Counted from the stretch's first letter, positions 11,892 through 23,455 are shown. The stretch is DNA of 64,000 bases from Schmidtea polychroa (GCA_044892525.1 CM097886.1:139376001-139440000), one strand, 5' to 3'. Numbers and translations are program-made. Notes: generated by a model not told the origin, from the letters alone.

Positions 11892-13067
11892 TTAGTTTTC
11901 CTGCTCTGTTTTGTGGAATTCGCAGGGTTTTATGCATTTATATGCTTTGTCGCCGAATTTGTTATGAAAGTAGCAGTGGTTTTTGTTTAGGAAATCTTTT
12001 CTTGAATTCCTTTCTGGGCTGCTATTTCGGTAATTGTTGTATCGATTTGGTGAGTTTGACCGGTTTCTGTAGTGACCGTTTGGGGATTGTCTGTGGCTGT
12101 AGTTCTGTCTATTGTTTTCGTTGGGTGGTCGGTCGTAGTTTTGTCTGTTATGATTGTATGATAGTTGGTCTGTGTTGAAATTGTTTCTGTTGAATAGGTC
12201 TCTGTTTTCGTTTGGATTGCAATTTTGCCTGTTGTATTTCTCTTTTATTTCGGCTAGTTCCGCTTTTATTTGTCTGTTTTCGACAATTATTTCGTCGAAT
12301 TTGCTGATCAAAGTGTTTATTAATCGGTTTGTTGTTTCATTTGGTTCTGTGTTTTTGTTGGTTGGTTGGGTGTTGTGATTAGTTTTATTTCTGTTGTAGT
12401 TTTGTGCGCTGCATATAGTAGGATAAATTTCTTCATTGATTTTATCTGCTATGTCTGCTAGCGTTTCTACGTCCGAATTGCTACTGGCTGCGAGGATACG
12501 TCTTATTTCGGGCGGCATTGCTCGCATGAAAAATTCTTTTACTAATTCGTTTGATCCCGAATTAGTGATGTTTGGTTGGAGGTACTTCAATTTTTGTTTT
12601 AGTTGGCGAAGGAAATCTGTTGGTTTATTGTCGCCAAGTTGTGTGTTGTTGAGACATGATTCCAGCATTTGCCTCCTGTTGATTTTGTTTTTGTTTGTTA
12701 GGACGTTGCAAAGCTTGTTGAACGGGTCTTCGCTCTTTGAAATTTCCTCAATTTGGTCAGCTATTTCGTTCAATTTGCTACTTGGGAGTGCAGCGATAAT
12801 GTTTGAACATAGCGTTTTCGTTGACTTTATTCCCGATAGGGTTAGGGTTAATTTAGCAAATTCAAGCCATTTTTGGGGTGTCCCATTTTCGTCACTAAAG
12901 TAGTTTGGGATGTTTGTTCTTGGGTTAATTACTGAGTTTATGGTGTGTGTATTATCTGTGCTAGTGTTTGGGTTATAGTAGTAATTCGTATTTTCCATCA
13001 TGTGTGTGTTTTCAGTATTATTGGGGGGTTGTGAAATGTTTGTTGGATTTGTTTGGTCTGATGCCAT
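11892..13067 (-). CDS. gag: Gag, 391 aa
   Basis: LGDNKPTDFLRQL, ELVKEFFMRAMPPEIRRIL, LADIADKI and C-terminal CYFHNKFGDKAYKCIKPC knuckle typical of CsRn1-type Gypsy Gag. Overlaps the pol frame at GAAAACTAA. Confidence 0.9.
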   Translation of the reverse strand: MASDQTNPTNISQPPNNTENTHMMENTNYYYNPNTSTDNTHTINSVINPRTNIPNYFSDENGTPQKWLEFAKLTLTLSGIKSTKTLCSNIIAALPSSKLNEIADQIEEISKSEDPFNKLCNVLTNKNKINRRQMLESCLNNTQLGDNKPTDFLRQLKQKLKYLQPNITNSGSNELVKEFFMRAMPPEIRRILAASSNSDVETLADIADKINEEIYPTICSAQNYNRNKTNHNTQPTNKNTEPNETTNRLINTLISKFDEIIVENRQIKAELAEIKEKYNRQNCNPNENRDLFNRNNFNTDQLSYNHNRQNYDRPPNENNRQNYSHRQSPNGHYRNRSNSPNRYNNYRNSSPERNSRKDFLNKNHCYFHNKFGDKAYKCIKPCEFHKTEQEN

Positions 13068-13250
13068 TAATTGGTTTGTTGATGTTTTTTTTTATTGCTT
13101 GTTGTGTTACAAAAAATGAGATTGTTCAAGGATATGGCTTACTGTGTTCAGCCAAGAGTCACTATCCTTTATACTTCAATAATAAGTATGCTGAAAGGCG
13201 TAGTGATTGAAAAAAATCGTCGAATGCGAGTGTCGTGTTGTGTATATTTT

Positions 13251-13264
13251 TTCTTCTTACACCA
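13251..13264 (-). promoter_or_regulatory. Primer-binding site
   Basis: TGGTGTAAGAAG 2 nt after the 5' LTR, complementary to a tRNA 3' end ...CUUCUUACACCA. tRNA-Leu-like by inference. Confidence 0.75.
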
Positions 13265-13266
13265 GT

Positions 13267-13966
13267 TGTGATGGAGGTTGTAGTTTTATCGTTATTATTG
13301 TTAATTATTGTTAATTTATGTTATTTTGGTGAAGATTTTGTAGAGCCCGAAAGAGTCACCGTTAAAACTTGTAGCGGGACAATCGGGGTGCGTGCTATGT
13401 TCAAAATATAATAATTACGAACAATATAAAGTTACGAATATAACGCAAAACAATAATAAAATGTTACAACTTTTAAACTTTATTATAACAAAGAAATAAA
13501 ACCTCGTGTTTATCTTGGATTTTCGTAAATTGTAGTTCCAAATATTTTCTTTGATTTTCTCTGCACTATAACCTATTTAGGAAATTTATATATCGAGAAA
13601 TATGCTTCAAGTACAAATATAGTTCGATTAAAAACAACTGATTGATGAAACAGTATCTGCGTTTTCCGAAAACTTTTTTCTCCTTTCTTCACAATACTCA
13701 CAATCTGTTTTGCAGTAAAATTCAAATAAGATTTGTTAACTCTCAATATTTAATTTTCTATTTCCAACTCGACATTGATTTTTTATTTGATTTTTTTAAT
13801 TTTTATTTTTGTAATTTACTATAGCGATAATTTACTATAGTAAATTATCGCTATATAGTTTTTTATTAAAAATCTGGATTTCCCAGATGGTTGTATTTTA
13901 TATTTTAGTATACACAATTCCTAATTGTGAATACTAAAATATTAACAAAAATAACTGTACATTACA
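13267..13966 (-). repeat. 5' LTR of nested Gypsy element
   Basis: Direct repeat of 7837-8536, followed by TSD CAGTC. Confidence 0.97.
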
Positions 13967-14054
13967 CAGTCAATCAAATCAACCCAATCAAAACAATCTG
14001 CAGAAAAATCAAAGTAATCATTCCTACCAAATCGATCTTCAAATAACCAAACCA

Positions 14055-15983
14055 ATGCACCCACACACGTCAGTTCATATGTATTCGCAAAGAACCAAAG
14101 CCCAGCGCAATCTTGAAACTCACAAAATAAAGAAATACGTGCCGATGATCCATAAACACTACAATAGTTTTTATAAAAATTTACAAAACAAAATCAGCAC
14201 AGACAGCACTCCCATTACTATCAGAAGCTTCCCCAGCCAAGTCTGCATTCCAAATGACATGAAAATTGAAATCGAAGATAGGGAACTTCACCTTATCAAA
14301 TTTAATGAAGCCCGAAGAGTAAAACTCAAAGACCTCATTGGAGCATTCGATCAGTTCCCAAATGCAGAAGAAGCAGTAATAGAAGGGAAGAAAGTACCTC
14401 ACAGAATATTATTTCACATTACGAAGACAGAAATATCAATCTGTCAAGACAGAACACCTTTGATTACCACAAGCAATTGTACAATAATGTTCAGGACAAT
14501 TAAAAACGATCCAAGTGTGCCGAATGAATATAATCAACTAATAGTGCAAATGAACAACCTACCATGCGTAATCGGAATCGAAATACTGTACATACCTACC
14601 ATCCCGAACCCTTTCAGAGAATTAGAAATCGTCAAATCTACAACTCAAATTCCAAGAGATGCGATTAAGAGAAGAATATCATTTACCCACCAAGACCTAT
14701 CAACAACAGAAAGACATCAGCGTCTCATGTTCGTGGAGGCAAGGCTGATAATGGATATCAACAATAATCTAAGACCCGTAATAATATGTATAAGAAATTC
14801 AAAGGGCTCCGTAGTATACGACAAGAAAATCACACCTCGGACAAAAGTATTGCACTATTACCCTGAAAAAACAGAATCTAATAAAGAAAACATCATTGGT
14901 AATGAGGATGAATATCAAGCACTCATCGAGATTCAAAAATTATTAGTAGGATATGAAATCATAGATAAATTAAAAGCCCTAACCTTGGATCTGGACAATG
15001 TGATGGGGGTAAGAGAAATGGCAAATCATGCATTCTTGACATCATTTGTAAAGAACGTAGCTCCCCACAAAATCAAGCTGTCAAATCTGGCCTACCAGGT
15101 TATCAAACACCACAAAAGGTGGTACAAAGACAAGGCAATAAACGAAATATTGAAAAGACCTGAACCCTTCTCGGCAAGACACACAACAGCGATTCTGAAA
15201 GTCATCTATGACATAGTCGAAACACAGTGGGAAGAAGTAGTAAAATGGAATGTAGCATCAGAATATCCACTGTCAGGGAATACAGCAGCAGAAAATCCAC
15301 AATCAACAGAGACAAGAGAAGATGATCTGTTTATGGAAGAGGAGGACATGTATATCGAACCCTCACAATTTGAACTAAAATGTCGCAGAGATGGAACTCG
15401 AAGAACTTTCGAAAACGAGTTAGAAGATAGCGACGGTGACCTAATATTCATCTCAGAAGAAAGAAGACAGGAACCTGTGCAAACAGTTAAACTCGAACCA
15501 CGGGAACCACAAAGTCAATCAATGATAACAGAATGCGATTTAGATTCAGACGAGGAGTACTTCTCACTAGAAGAACAAAACAGTGAAGAAAAAGAAGATA
15601 CAATGAGTGTCGATGAATCAAAAGAAGAACTGGGGCCTGAACAAGATATAAACATAGAAGAGCCTCATTTTATAATAGAAAAAGAAAAGCAACAGATCAC
15701 AGAAAAGGAATTGACTCGTCATTTCGGGAGACAAATAAACGAGGGCGATATCCTAAATATAGCATTGGGCAAAGGATTCAATCGAACAAAAATGCTCATT
15801 CAGGATTGCGAGATAGAAATAGTAAAAAGTATTAGAGATAATGTGGACATTATCTTAACGGTCCAGGGAGGAATGTTGGATGATGAAGGTAGGCACATCA
15901 CCACATTTAACCTCACAGGTATCATAGGACAGGGCCCAAGAGATACAGAATCAATGTGTACGCTGAAGAGCGTAGATAGATAA
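14055..15983 (+). CDS. 642-aa accessory ORF of the large Gypsy element, with a degenerate REX4/ISG20-like DEDDh exonuclease domain
   Basis: 14718-15233 reads IICIRNSKGSVVYDKKITPRTKVLHY...LVGYEIIDKLKALTLD...LSNLAYQVI...IYDIVETQWE, paralleling REX4 VSIVN..G..VYDKYVKP..V.DY / LVGH...NDLKVL.LD / LY..V..EWE. An acidic region follows, and the end runs into the LTR. Confidence 0.7.
   Translation: MHPHTSVHMYSQRTKAQRNLETHKIKKYVPMIHKHYNSFYKNLQNKISTDSTPITIRSFPSQVCIPNDMKIEIEDRELHLIKFNEARRVKLKDLIGAFDQFPNAEEAVIEGKKVPHRILFHITKTEISICQDRTPLITTSNCTIMFRTIKNDPSVPNEYNQLIVQMNNLPCVIGIEILYIPTIPNPFRELEIVKSTTQIPRDAIKRRISFTHQDLSTTERHQRLMFVEARLIMDINNNLRPVIICIRNSKGSVVYDKKITPRTKVLHYYPEKTESNKENIIGNEDEYQALIEIQKLLVGYEIIDKLKALTLDLDNVMGVREMANHAFLTSFVKNVAPHKIKLSNLAYQVIKHHKRWYKDKAINEILKRPEPFSARHTTAILKVIYDIVETQWEEVVKWNVASEYPLSGNTAAENPQSTETREDDLFMEEEDMYIEPSQFELKCRRDGTRRTFENELEDSDGDLIFISEERRQEPVQTVKLEPREPQSQSMITECDLDSDEEYFSLEEQNSEEKEDTMSVDESKEELGPEQDINIEEPHFIIEKEKQQITEKELTRHFGRQINEGDILNIALGKGFNRTKMLIQDCEIEIVKSIRDNVDIILTVQGGMLDDEGRHITTFNLTGIIGQGPRDTESMCTLKSVDR
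15865..15873 (+). promoter_or_regulatory. Putative PPT of the large element
   Basis: AGGGAGGAA directly before TGTTGG at 15874, the point where all five family-A copies start to match. Confidence 0.65.
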
Positions 15984-17034
15984 GAAAATAGACAGTCTAA
16001 TTTCCCAACAATCAACCCAATTCTATGCAACCCAATTCAATCCAAAAACAATCCAGAAAAATCTTTCAAAGCAATCCGAAAATTGACTATCTAATTGACA
16101 ATTTGTGTAAATATTATTGATTAAACATTATCCTCGAACTAGCTAACAGTCTGTGCATATTTTATCCTTTATTCTGATTAATTTCTGTCTGAATATTTAT
16201 GTATAATACTGTATGATTAATGATGTATATTTTATCGGGTGTATATATTTAATAGACTGAATATTTTATTTCTAGTTAATCTTTTAGATAAATGATTACA
16301 ATAGAATTTTACACAAGGGAAAATATTCTAAATGAATTAATTAATTTTTTCAGTTAAAGACAAAAATTAAACAATTTTCTTGAAATCATATAAAATAAAT
16401 TTAAGTGCTTATTTCTTGAAAAATAAACAACCGATATTTTTAAGTGCTTTTAAAATAAATACGATTATTCCTTGAAATTATATAAAATAAATAATTGATA
16501 AGTGCTTATTTCTTGAAACTTATATAGAATATATAATTGATATTTTTAAGTGCTTTTAAAATGAATATGATTTATTTAACCAATTATTTTTTGAACTTAT
16601 ATAAAATAAATAATTGATATTTTTAAGTGCTTTTTAAATAAACATGATTTATTTTTTAACCAATTAAAATGAATATAATTTATTTTGTAGTATTAAATAC
16701 TTCAAAAATTTAATATAAATACCCTAATTATTTTCAGTGTAATACGACCAAAAATTAGCGCTTTAGTAATTTCAAAGGTAAATCCCGCGAAATATTCAAT
16801 ACCCGAGACAGAACAGAAAAGTCTCACAAATTTTTAAATAAACTACAGTAAAATCTACATACGCACGCACGATATAACATATAACGAAAACACATATTGC
16901 AAGCATTTCAGAAGATTCGAAGCTATTCAATAAAAGTATAATTCCGATATTTTGCACGAAATTGATAGTGTTATTACGATTGTTTAATTTGGGTCATTTT
17001 TAGTTTCAATAAATATTTATCTATCGACTTATTT

Positions 17035-17097
<63 letters not shown>
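15874..17097 (+). repeat. 3' LTR (family A, copy 3), interrupted at its (TA)n
   Basis: PPT then TGTTGGATGA; homologous to 3228- and 43829-; ends in (TA)n 17037-17097, into which another LTR inserted. Confidence 0.7.
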
Positions 17098-17101
<4 letters not shown>

Positions 17102-18151
17102 AGGTTCGATGGGTATGTCTTCGAACTAACACAAAAACGTTCTATCTGACTCCAAGTAAATAATTTATGCGTGTAGGTAAATAAATAAATAAGATATTAT
17201 GTTTTAAATCTTTATTTAACAATAAAAAGTTAATTACACGTTCGTTTATATATATCTAGCAAGCTGCTTTCTATAAGTACAGAAAACGGTTTTACAAACC
17301 GCCCTAAAGAGTATTACTAAGGATCAAGGCTGGCCCTAAATGCGCCAACAGCCCGATATAGGTGAAAAGGAAAAGAGATAGGGAAGATCACCAAATTTTA
17401 CGCGATAGAGTCAACCCAGAAATTGGTTAACTCTTTTTCAAATAAATATTCAACAACGATACAACACAAAATACGTGCTGACGTTATGGTATCCCTTTAA
17501 TGTTAAAGTAATTAAATTAGATAAAATATGTATATAATATATTTCAAAAAAAACAATAACAATACTAACTATATAATATTCCCAAGCAAAATAAACCACA
17601 GATGGGTTGTTGAGCTTGCTAAAAATCTATCCTTCTTTTTTCTTTAATTAATACTCCAATAGATATTGGAGATAAGTGATTGTATAAATGATACGAAAAT
17701 TCCAAAATATTTGTTAATATATTCCAATCGATAATTGTCTATCAAATAAGGCTTGCAGTTATTAGTTAGAAATAAATTCCAATGTAAATTCTCTACCGCT
17801 TAATGCGAGAAAATCTGTATCTATTTATAACAATTTCTTTCAATTAATTCTCAATCTTTTCTGTCGCGTCCGATTTTTCCGTCCCGTAATCTAATTTTTA
17901 TCTACTATTTATATGAATTTTATTTATCCTAATTCTATTAATAGTAATTGTTTAATTACTATTTTTATTATATATTTTTAAATAATTTCTACAATTCTAT
18001 TTTTAGTAATTATTTATTACTAATTATATTTTAGTTTTAATTTTAGTGTTTAATTTCTATTTTAGGTAATTTTTAAATACTATTTCTATTATACTTCTAA
18101 TTAATTATTATTTAATTTCGAACCTTCAATTCCGGGTCCTACTGAACCCCA

Positions 18152-18154
<3 letters not shown>
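17098..18154 (+). mobile_element. Solo LTR (family E) in a TA microsatellite
   Basis: TGTTAGG...CCCCAACA ends, flanked by (TA)n, homologous over its length to inverted copy 47712-48774. Confidence 0.8.
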
Positions 18155-18184
<30 letters not shown>

Positions 18185-18187
<3 letters not shown>

Positions 18188-18715
18188 TGGCGTAACTAGG
18201 GGCGCAAAATTAGGAAGCCAATTTGGAACAAAAATTAAGTAATAAATTATTCTAAAGATCTAAGAGATTAATATATTTTTTATTACTTCATTAGTTTCTT
18301 AGAATAGATGTGCGTGCATTCAGTTATTTGCAATATTTACTTATACGTGTATATTTAGTTATACGTGTAGTGTATAAATAAAAACACAAAAACTTTATTA
18401 TTTTAAATTTTAGTACGTTTAGTTATAGTTAATCCATTTTTGGTCATAATACTAAAAAAAGGTAAGTGATATAATATATGTACTTTATTTATTCTCTACG
18501 TAAATAATACAAGACAAGTAGTTACTAAATTTGTAATTTTAAAAATTACATTGATTAACCGTGTTTTTTGTTTTAAAAAATTTAGAAAAAAGTATCATCA
18601 TGTCTGGAAGAAAACTTAGCGGCGCTGAAAATAGAAAAAGAAAAAGACAACGAGAACAAGAGACAAATAAATCAAAACTTTCAATGATAACATTCGTAAA
18701 CAAGATTAAAATTAA
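18185..18715 (+). mobile_element. hAT (Tip100/ZMYM1-like) 5' end with transposase N-terminus
   Basis: Starts CAGTGGCGTAACTAGGGG. ATG 18600 gives MSGRKLSGAENRKRKRQREQE, the usual N-terminus of this group; truncated. Confidence 0.65.
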
Positions 18716-20147
18716 ATTAAATTAAATATATATATAGTGAAATTTTATTGTTATAATCCGTGGCGAAACCGTTTGGAAGGATGTTTGGATGCCGTTGGTA
18801 CTTGTACCGATGGTGAACAGATTGTTTTCGTAGATGGTTGCGTCCTGAGTGTAGATGGATGAGAAGTAGAGCGAAAAGTTGATGGTGGGTATAAGGTTGT
18901 TTTATGATGAGCATTCTTCAAATCAGCAATGGATCCAACTCGAGTTATAATTTTGCCCGTCTCTTTTCCACCGCACAACTATTATCGTCACACAGGTCTG
19001 ATGAAACTACTGACTCTCCATGTTCTGTTGATCGAGGATAATACCGTATCGTCTTCATTGGCACCTTTTCGTAGATTTACTAAGACACTCCAGATTTGAC
19101 TTTACACCGATGTAACCGACCAATCCGTCAATCGTAATTTTCCAATAAAGTCATTAGACATCCGCAATTGGCGTAAACATCACGATCACCTAAGAATTGA
19201 ACGCAGTTTAGATTGGAAAGTTTGATATGAACTATCTGAGAGTAAACTTCCGTAGATCAATTGAACTTTCACCATCGGCCGGCTGTTGTAACTGGGTGTA
19301 TCATCGCATTGATGACCGTAAAATTTAATTGATTCAACGTCCGTCTTATGAATCACCATCGATGATCATCATTTGCATATCACTTAGATATAAACAGGAT
19401 TTACCTCTAACAGCAAAGTCGAGTGATTTTCAACCATTTTGGCTTCTTGAATTGATATCTTAAATAAACAAACCCCTAAATATAGGACGTAAATGTTTAC
19501 AATAAGAGTAAAAATGTATTCTCATTCATCCAATTCCTCTGCTAAAGTCATTCTCCGTTATCAACAAATGTCATTGATTTTTAAATTAAGTAGATTGATT
19601 CTCAAAATACTCATTTTTAATTACAATTAAAAATTAATGTGAAATTACTTCAATTTCTAACTTAAAAAGATGTGACTAATGTGAAGATACAGATCGTAAG
19701 ACTAATCGTACACAATTTTCGATCTACAAACAAGGTGTTTGATAGGGTCCCCGTAAATTTCTACTCTCAAAAATTGCGGTTTCTAATGGCCAGGTGTAGT
19801 ATTAAATACTTCAGGATAAAATGATGGGAGGGAAAGAATCCGAGTGTGTTGCGAAATAGATTTCCAAGCGATTTTGTTTTAGCCCATTGAACTAATGCAA
19901 CTTAGCTACATTAGGTTTCATATGTAAATAACTGCGAATTTTTATTGGATAGAGGTAAGCAGCCATGTAACTTTGATCAAGTCTCACTCCCGCTGTTGTA
20001 ATGAAAGGTTGGTAATAGGTACCCCTAAACTAACGATAAATAAAGGGACAGAAATAGGACGCGAGACCTTACAGAGATTGCGTGATCTTCAATTTATCAT
20101 AGCTATTTAGATGCGAAATTTATTACCGAAATGCCTTTGTTTAGCTG

Positions 20148-20598
20148 ATGTAGGAACCAAATCTTCCACCAACCAGCCCGAAACCGCGTTTCTCGTGTGC
20201 CGATAAAAACGCAAGTCTGCAGAAGTTGAATGAATATTTTGGGGTTCTCAAAAGGTGTATCGACATGCAGGAAGATACGTGGTTCTCCCCACCACTTAAG
20301 AAAGACGCGAATAAAAATATCCTGCGGCTTGAGCACTGTCGAGACAGCTTGCTCGAAGGAAGCCGATGCGAACGCCTCACAATCAAGGCCTAGTCAGAGG
20401 CCCTGCACCGAATTTATTCCGAGGCAGAGCTGAAACGTCGGATCAACGAATACCCTATCCTGGATAGAGGGAACGTATTCCCAATTCACCATCAAACCGA
20501 TGGCATTGTCACTCCATCCATATCACGGTATACTCAGCATGGCCTCGAGGCTAAAGCTAATGTTAATGTGAAATCAATCCAACTTTTGGGCATTTAAC
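20148..20598 (+). pseudogene. CxSC/coiled-coil orphan ORF, copy 1 (stops)
   Basis: Reads FSCADKN...EDTWFSP...LEHCRDSLLEGSR...*SEALHRIY...NVFPIHH; homologous to 52833- and 59957-. Confidence 0.7.
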
Positions 20599-21103
20599 TG
20601 GCATCGTTTTGCATCAACTAAAACATAAATGTTAGGTTTAATGTCCTGCTATGAAACCAGTCTTAGGGATGTTTGCAAATGCTCAACAGTAAGCCTTGAT
20701 CTTAATGGCGATTTGATATTCTTCGTGGAAGAGAAAATTTGTTCACAAATATACGTACTTCCAACCTTGCTATCATCCTTCTTGCAGCATTGAAACAAAC
20801 TGATAAAATTCTGGAATTCCAACATCTGAATACTTTTGTTTTAGCATGGAATCACACATAAGATTTGTCAATTCCATCTGCATTTCCTCTGCTACATTGT
20901 CAATATCAAAAGCAAATGGTGTAAAAAAACTGAAAATGTGGATCAAGTGCTTTAAAATCTTTAAAACGCAACACAAACTGCTGAAGCAAATCTGAAATTA
21001 TATGTGTATTCTTTCAAGGATTGCTTTTCGACTTTTCTCAGTGATTTCCAAGTTGGGAAATGGGCTAAATTGCCAGCAATAAGCCGCGTGTTTGAGACTC
21101 CTG
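20590..21103 (-). mobile_element. Internally deleted hAT (SPIN/Charlie, GTF2IRD2-like)
   Basis: Minus strand starts CAGGAGTCTCAAAC, then FTPFAFDID...MQMEL...FYQF and GSTYICEQIFSSTKNIKSPLRSRLT (hAT dimerisation domain), frameshifted. Confidence 0.8.
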
Positions 21104-21208
21104 TACTAAATTAACAACTGGTTTCACTCTGCGAAACACGATGGGTTACGATACATGATGCTTGATGACGTTTTTGTTAAATTTCCACAAATAATTGATG
21201 CACTAGAT

Positions 21209-21668
21209 TAGGGATTTCAAACCCTGGGTACGCGTACCAGTACTAGTACGCGAATTACTTTACTATATATAAAACAAAAATCTATTAAAAATCTGCTTTG
21301 CGAAAAAAACATTACTACAATAACTCATACATTTTAATAGTTCACTAATTTTTCTTATTCATTGTTGGTGTTGTAATACTTTATTGAGATTTACCTAATC
21401 TCAAATGATGATGCCTGTACCTAAATGCATTATCTACGACCCCATAATAGTGGGGACAACTGATCTCTGGGGAAACGGCAATTCTCAGGGTTCGCGTTCA
21501 GTCTTATAAATTTTATATGTTTAGCAGTATATACATCCCAAGTTACCTGTCTTTATTACAAATCTCCATTGTATTTTATACCCAATTAAAAAAATTATGT
21601 TTAACGGTACGCCATCAAGTTGTTTACAACGTACAGGTACGGTACTATGAAAAGGTTGGGAACCCCTA
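21209..21668 (+). mobile_element. hAT (Charlie/Buster-type) MITE, 460 bp
   Basis: TIRs TAGGGATTTCAAACC / GGTTGGGAACCCCTA; perfect 8-bp TSD CACTAGAT (21201-21208, 21669-21676). Confidence 0.9.
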
Positions 21669-22886
21669 CACTAGATAATATTTCTAAATGGAATGACAGA
21701 GTAACTTCATCAAAAGCAAAAACATTATAATCAGTGATAAGGGAAATTGATTTTATTTTGTCTTTAGGCTCTGCTGTGCATGTGTTCTTTTACAAAAGGC
21801 CTCGATGAATTGTTTTTAAAAAAATGTAGATTTACCTGACGCCAAAAATTACATTAAAGACGTGGTAAATGTCTTGCAAAAGCGAAAATTGCGATGAAAT
21901 GTTTACGGAAATATTTAGAGAAGCAGAAAAAACAATAAATAAATAATATGGTAGTTTAACCTGAAAAATAATAGTGCAACAACAGCCATGCAGGGAAAAT
22001 GTACCTTCGGACACATTGGAATGTTAACTTCGGTGGTAGACAAAGAATGGGAAAAACAATGTTTTCATAATTAAAAGAAGAATTGGATACAAACATTAAA
22101 GATATAGGTTTCCCATCCATATTTTAAATATTACTTTGCAAACTTTGCAAAATATTACTTCACGACAGATCAATTATCGTCTGATAGTGACCAAATAGCT
22201 TTCCGAGTTTTCATTTCATTTTCAATTTAAACAGTCAAAAACTGAATGTTTGAAAGAATTTTGTCAATTCGTAAATTTAGAATAAAAAACTACTTTCTTA
22301 TTCCAAAACAATATGGGTTTCTCTTTTGCCAACAATAGAAAGAATTTTAAATTTATTTGAAGTATTGAAGTTGTTTTTTTCTATCTGAGAACAAAGCACC
22401 AAAACCTTACTAATTCTCTTATTGAGACATGCTCATCATAAATTTGTATATATAATTAATCTCGTGGTTTCCGTCATCCAGTGATTGCTGGTTTCATTAT
22501 TATGAAGATCGAAATACAATCGTCATTCAAAATTGAAACCACCACCCCACTTCTAACTGTTCGTCCAAATGTACTATAGTACTTTTTATTTTAAATTTTT
22601 CCAAACTATGTTCGTAATATATGTGAAGTTTCAGTCGTGAATTTAGAATAAATTAAATTATTCGAATAATAAAAATGGGTACTATTTTTTTAATTTCTAA
22701 AAATAATCATTTGGCCACCTAATTTTATTTTTTTAAACTTAATTTAATTTATCGAAATCAGAATTAATTTTAGTTAGTATAATTTAATAATTAATACTCA
22801 AAAAATATTTTAAAAAGTCTAGTTTAATTGATAATACTCAGTAATTATTTTAATTAATATTATTTTAATTACTTTTAATTTTAATA

Positions 22887-23015
22887 CATCAGGAAAATTT
22901 ATGTGTGAAGCAGTTGAAGATGGATCATGTGATGTCAGTTGTTGTTAAAACTGTCAATTTTATCAGAGCATGTGAATTAAATCACAGGCAATTTAAAGAA
23001 TTTCTTGACGAAGAT
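22887..23015 (+). pseudogene. hAT (SPIN-like) transposase fragment
   Basis: HQENLCVKQLKMDHVMSVVVKTVNFIRACELNHRQFKEFL. Confidence 0.8.
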
Positions 23016-23129
23016 TACTTTAGTTAGACTTACTATATATTCAATAATATTATTCGTTAAAATAATATAAATAGTTTAAACTTAAAAAGAATATAGCAAT
23101 AAAAAAATATAAAATGACTAAAAATAATA

Positions 23130-23455
23130 TTGAAAATAATAGTTCATCTTTGCTGTTCAAAGGACTTTGATGATACTCTGGATGATGCATCAGATATTTT
23201 TAGTTTAGATGAAATTGTAGAAACAAAAAAGTATCGTGGGAAAAAACAACAACTAAATCTGTGTAAGATACGTCAGAATAATTCAAATATACCCATTGGT
23301 TTCAAGCGAAACCGAAACCAACCAGCTTTAACCACAGCGGCAATAGAATGAAGTAATTGCGACTCTTGCAGTTGCAACTACTATTAAACTGCAACAATCA
23401 TTCCTGTTGCAAAGAGAGGTAGAGGTAGACCAAAACGTAAAGATAACCTGAAAAA
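23130..23455 (+). pseudogene. Possible MULE/SWIM transposase C-terminal remnant with AT-hook
   Basis: IPIGFKRNRNQPAL and PVAKRGRGRPKRK, separated by stops. Confidence 0.35.

Larger units (their letters stand above)
7837..13966 (-). mobile_element. Full-length Ty3/Gypsy LTR retrotransposon (CsRn1-like gag), nested insertion
   Basis: Two 700-bp LTRs with TG...CA ends, 5-bp TSD CAGTC (7832-7836, 13967-13971), PBS, PPT, and gag-PR-RT-RH-IN order. Confidence 0.97.

Noticed and set aside
8497-13210. Plus-strand hydrophobic ORFs (8497, 8983, 11783, 12436 etc.)
   Set aside because: Antisense shadows of A-rich gag/pol.
3228-17097. Copies 2 and 3 of LTR family A as the paired LTRs of one insertion
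   Set aside because: About 11 substitutions plus an indel in the first ~105 nt and much weaker similarity further on; no PBS or TSD found.
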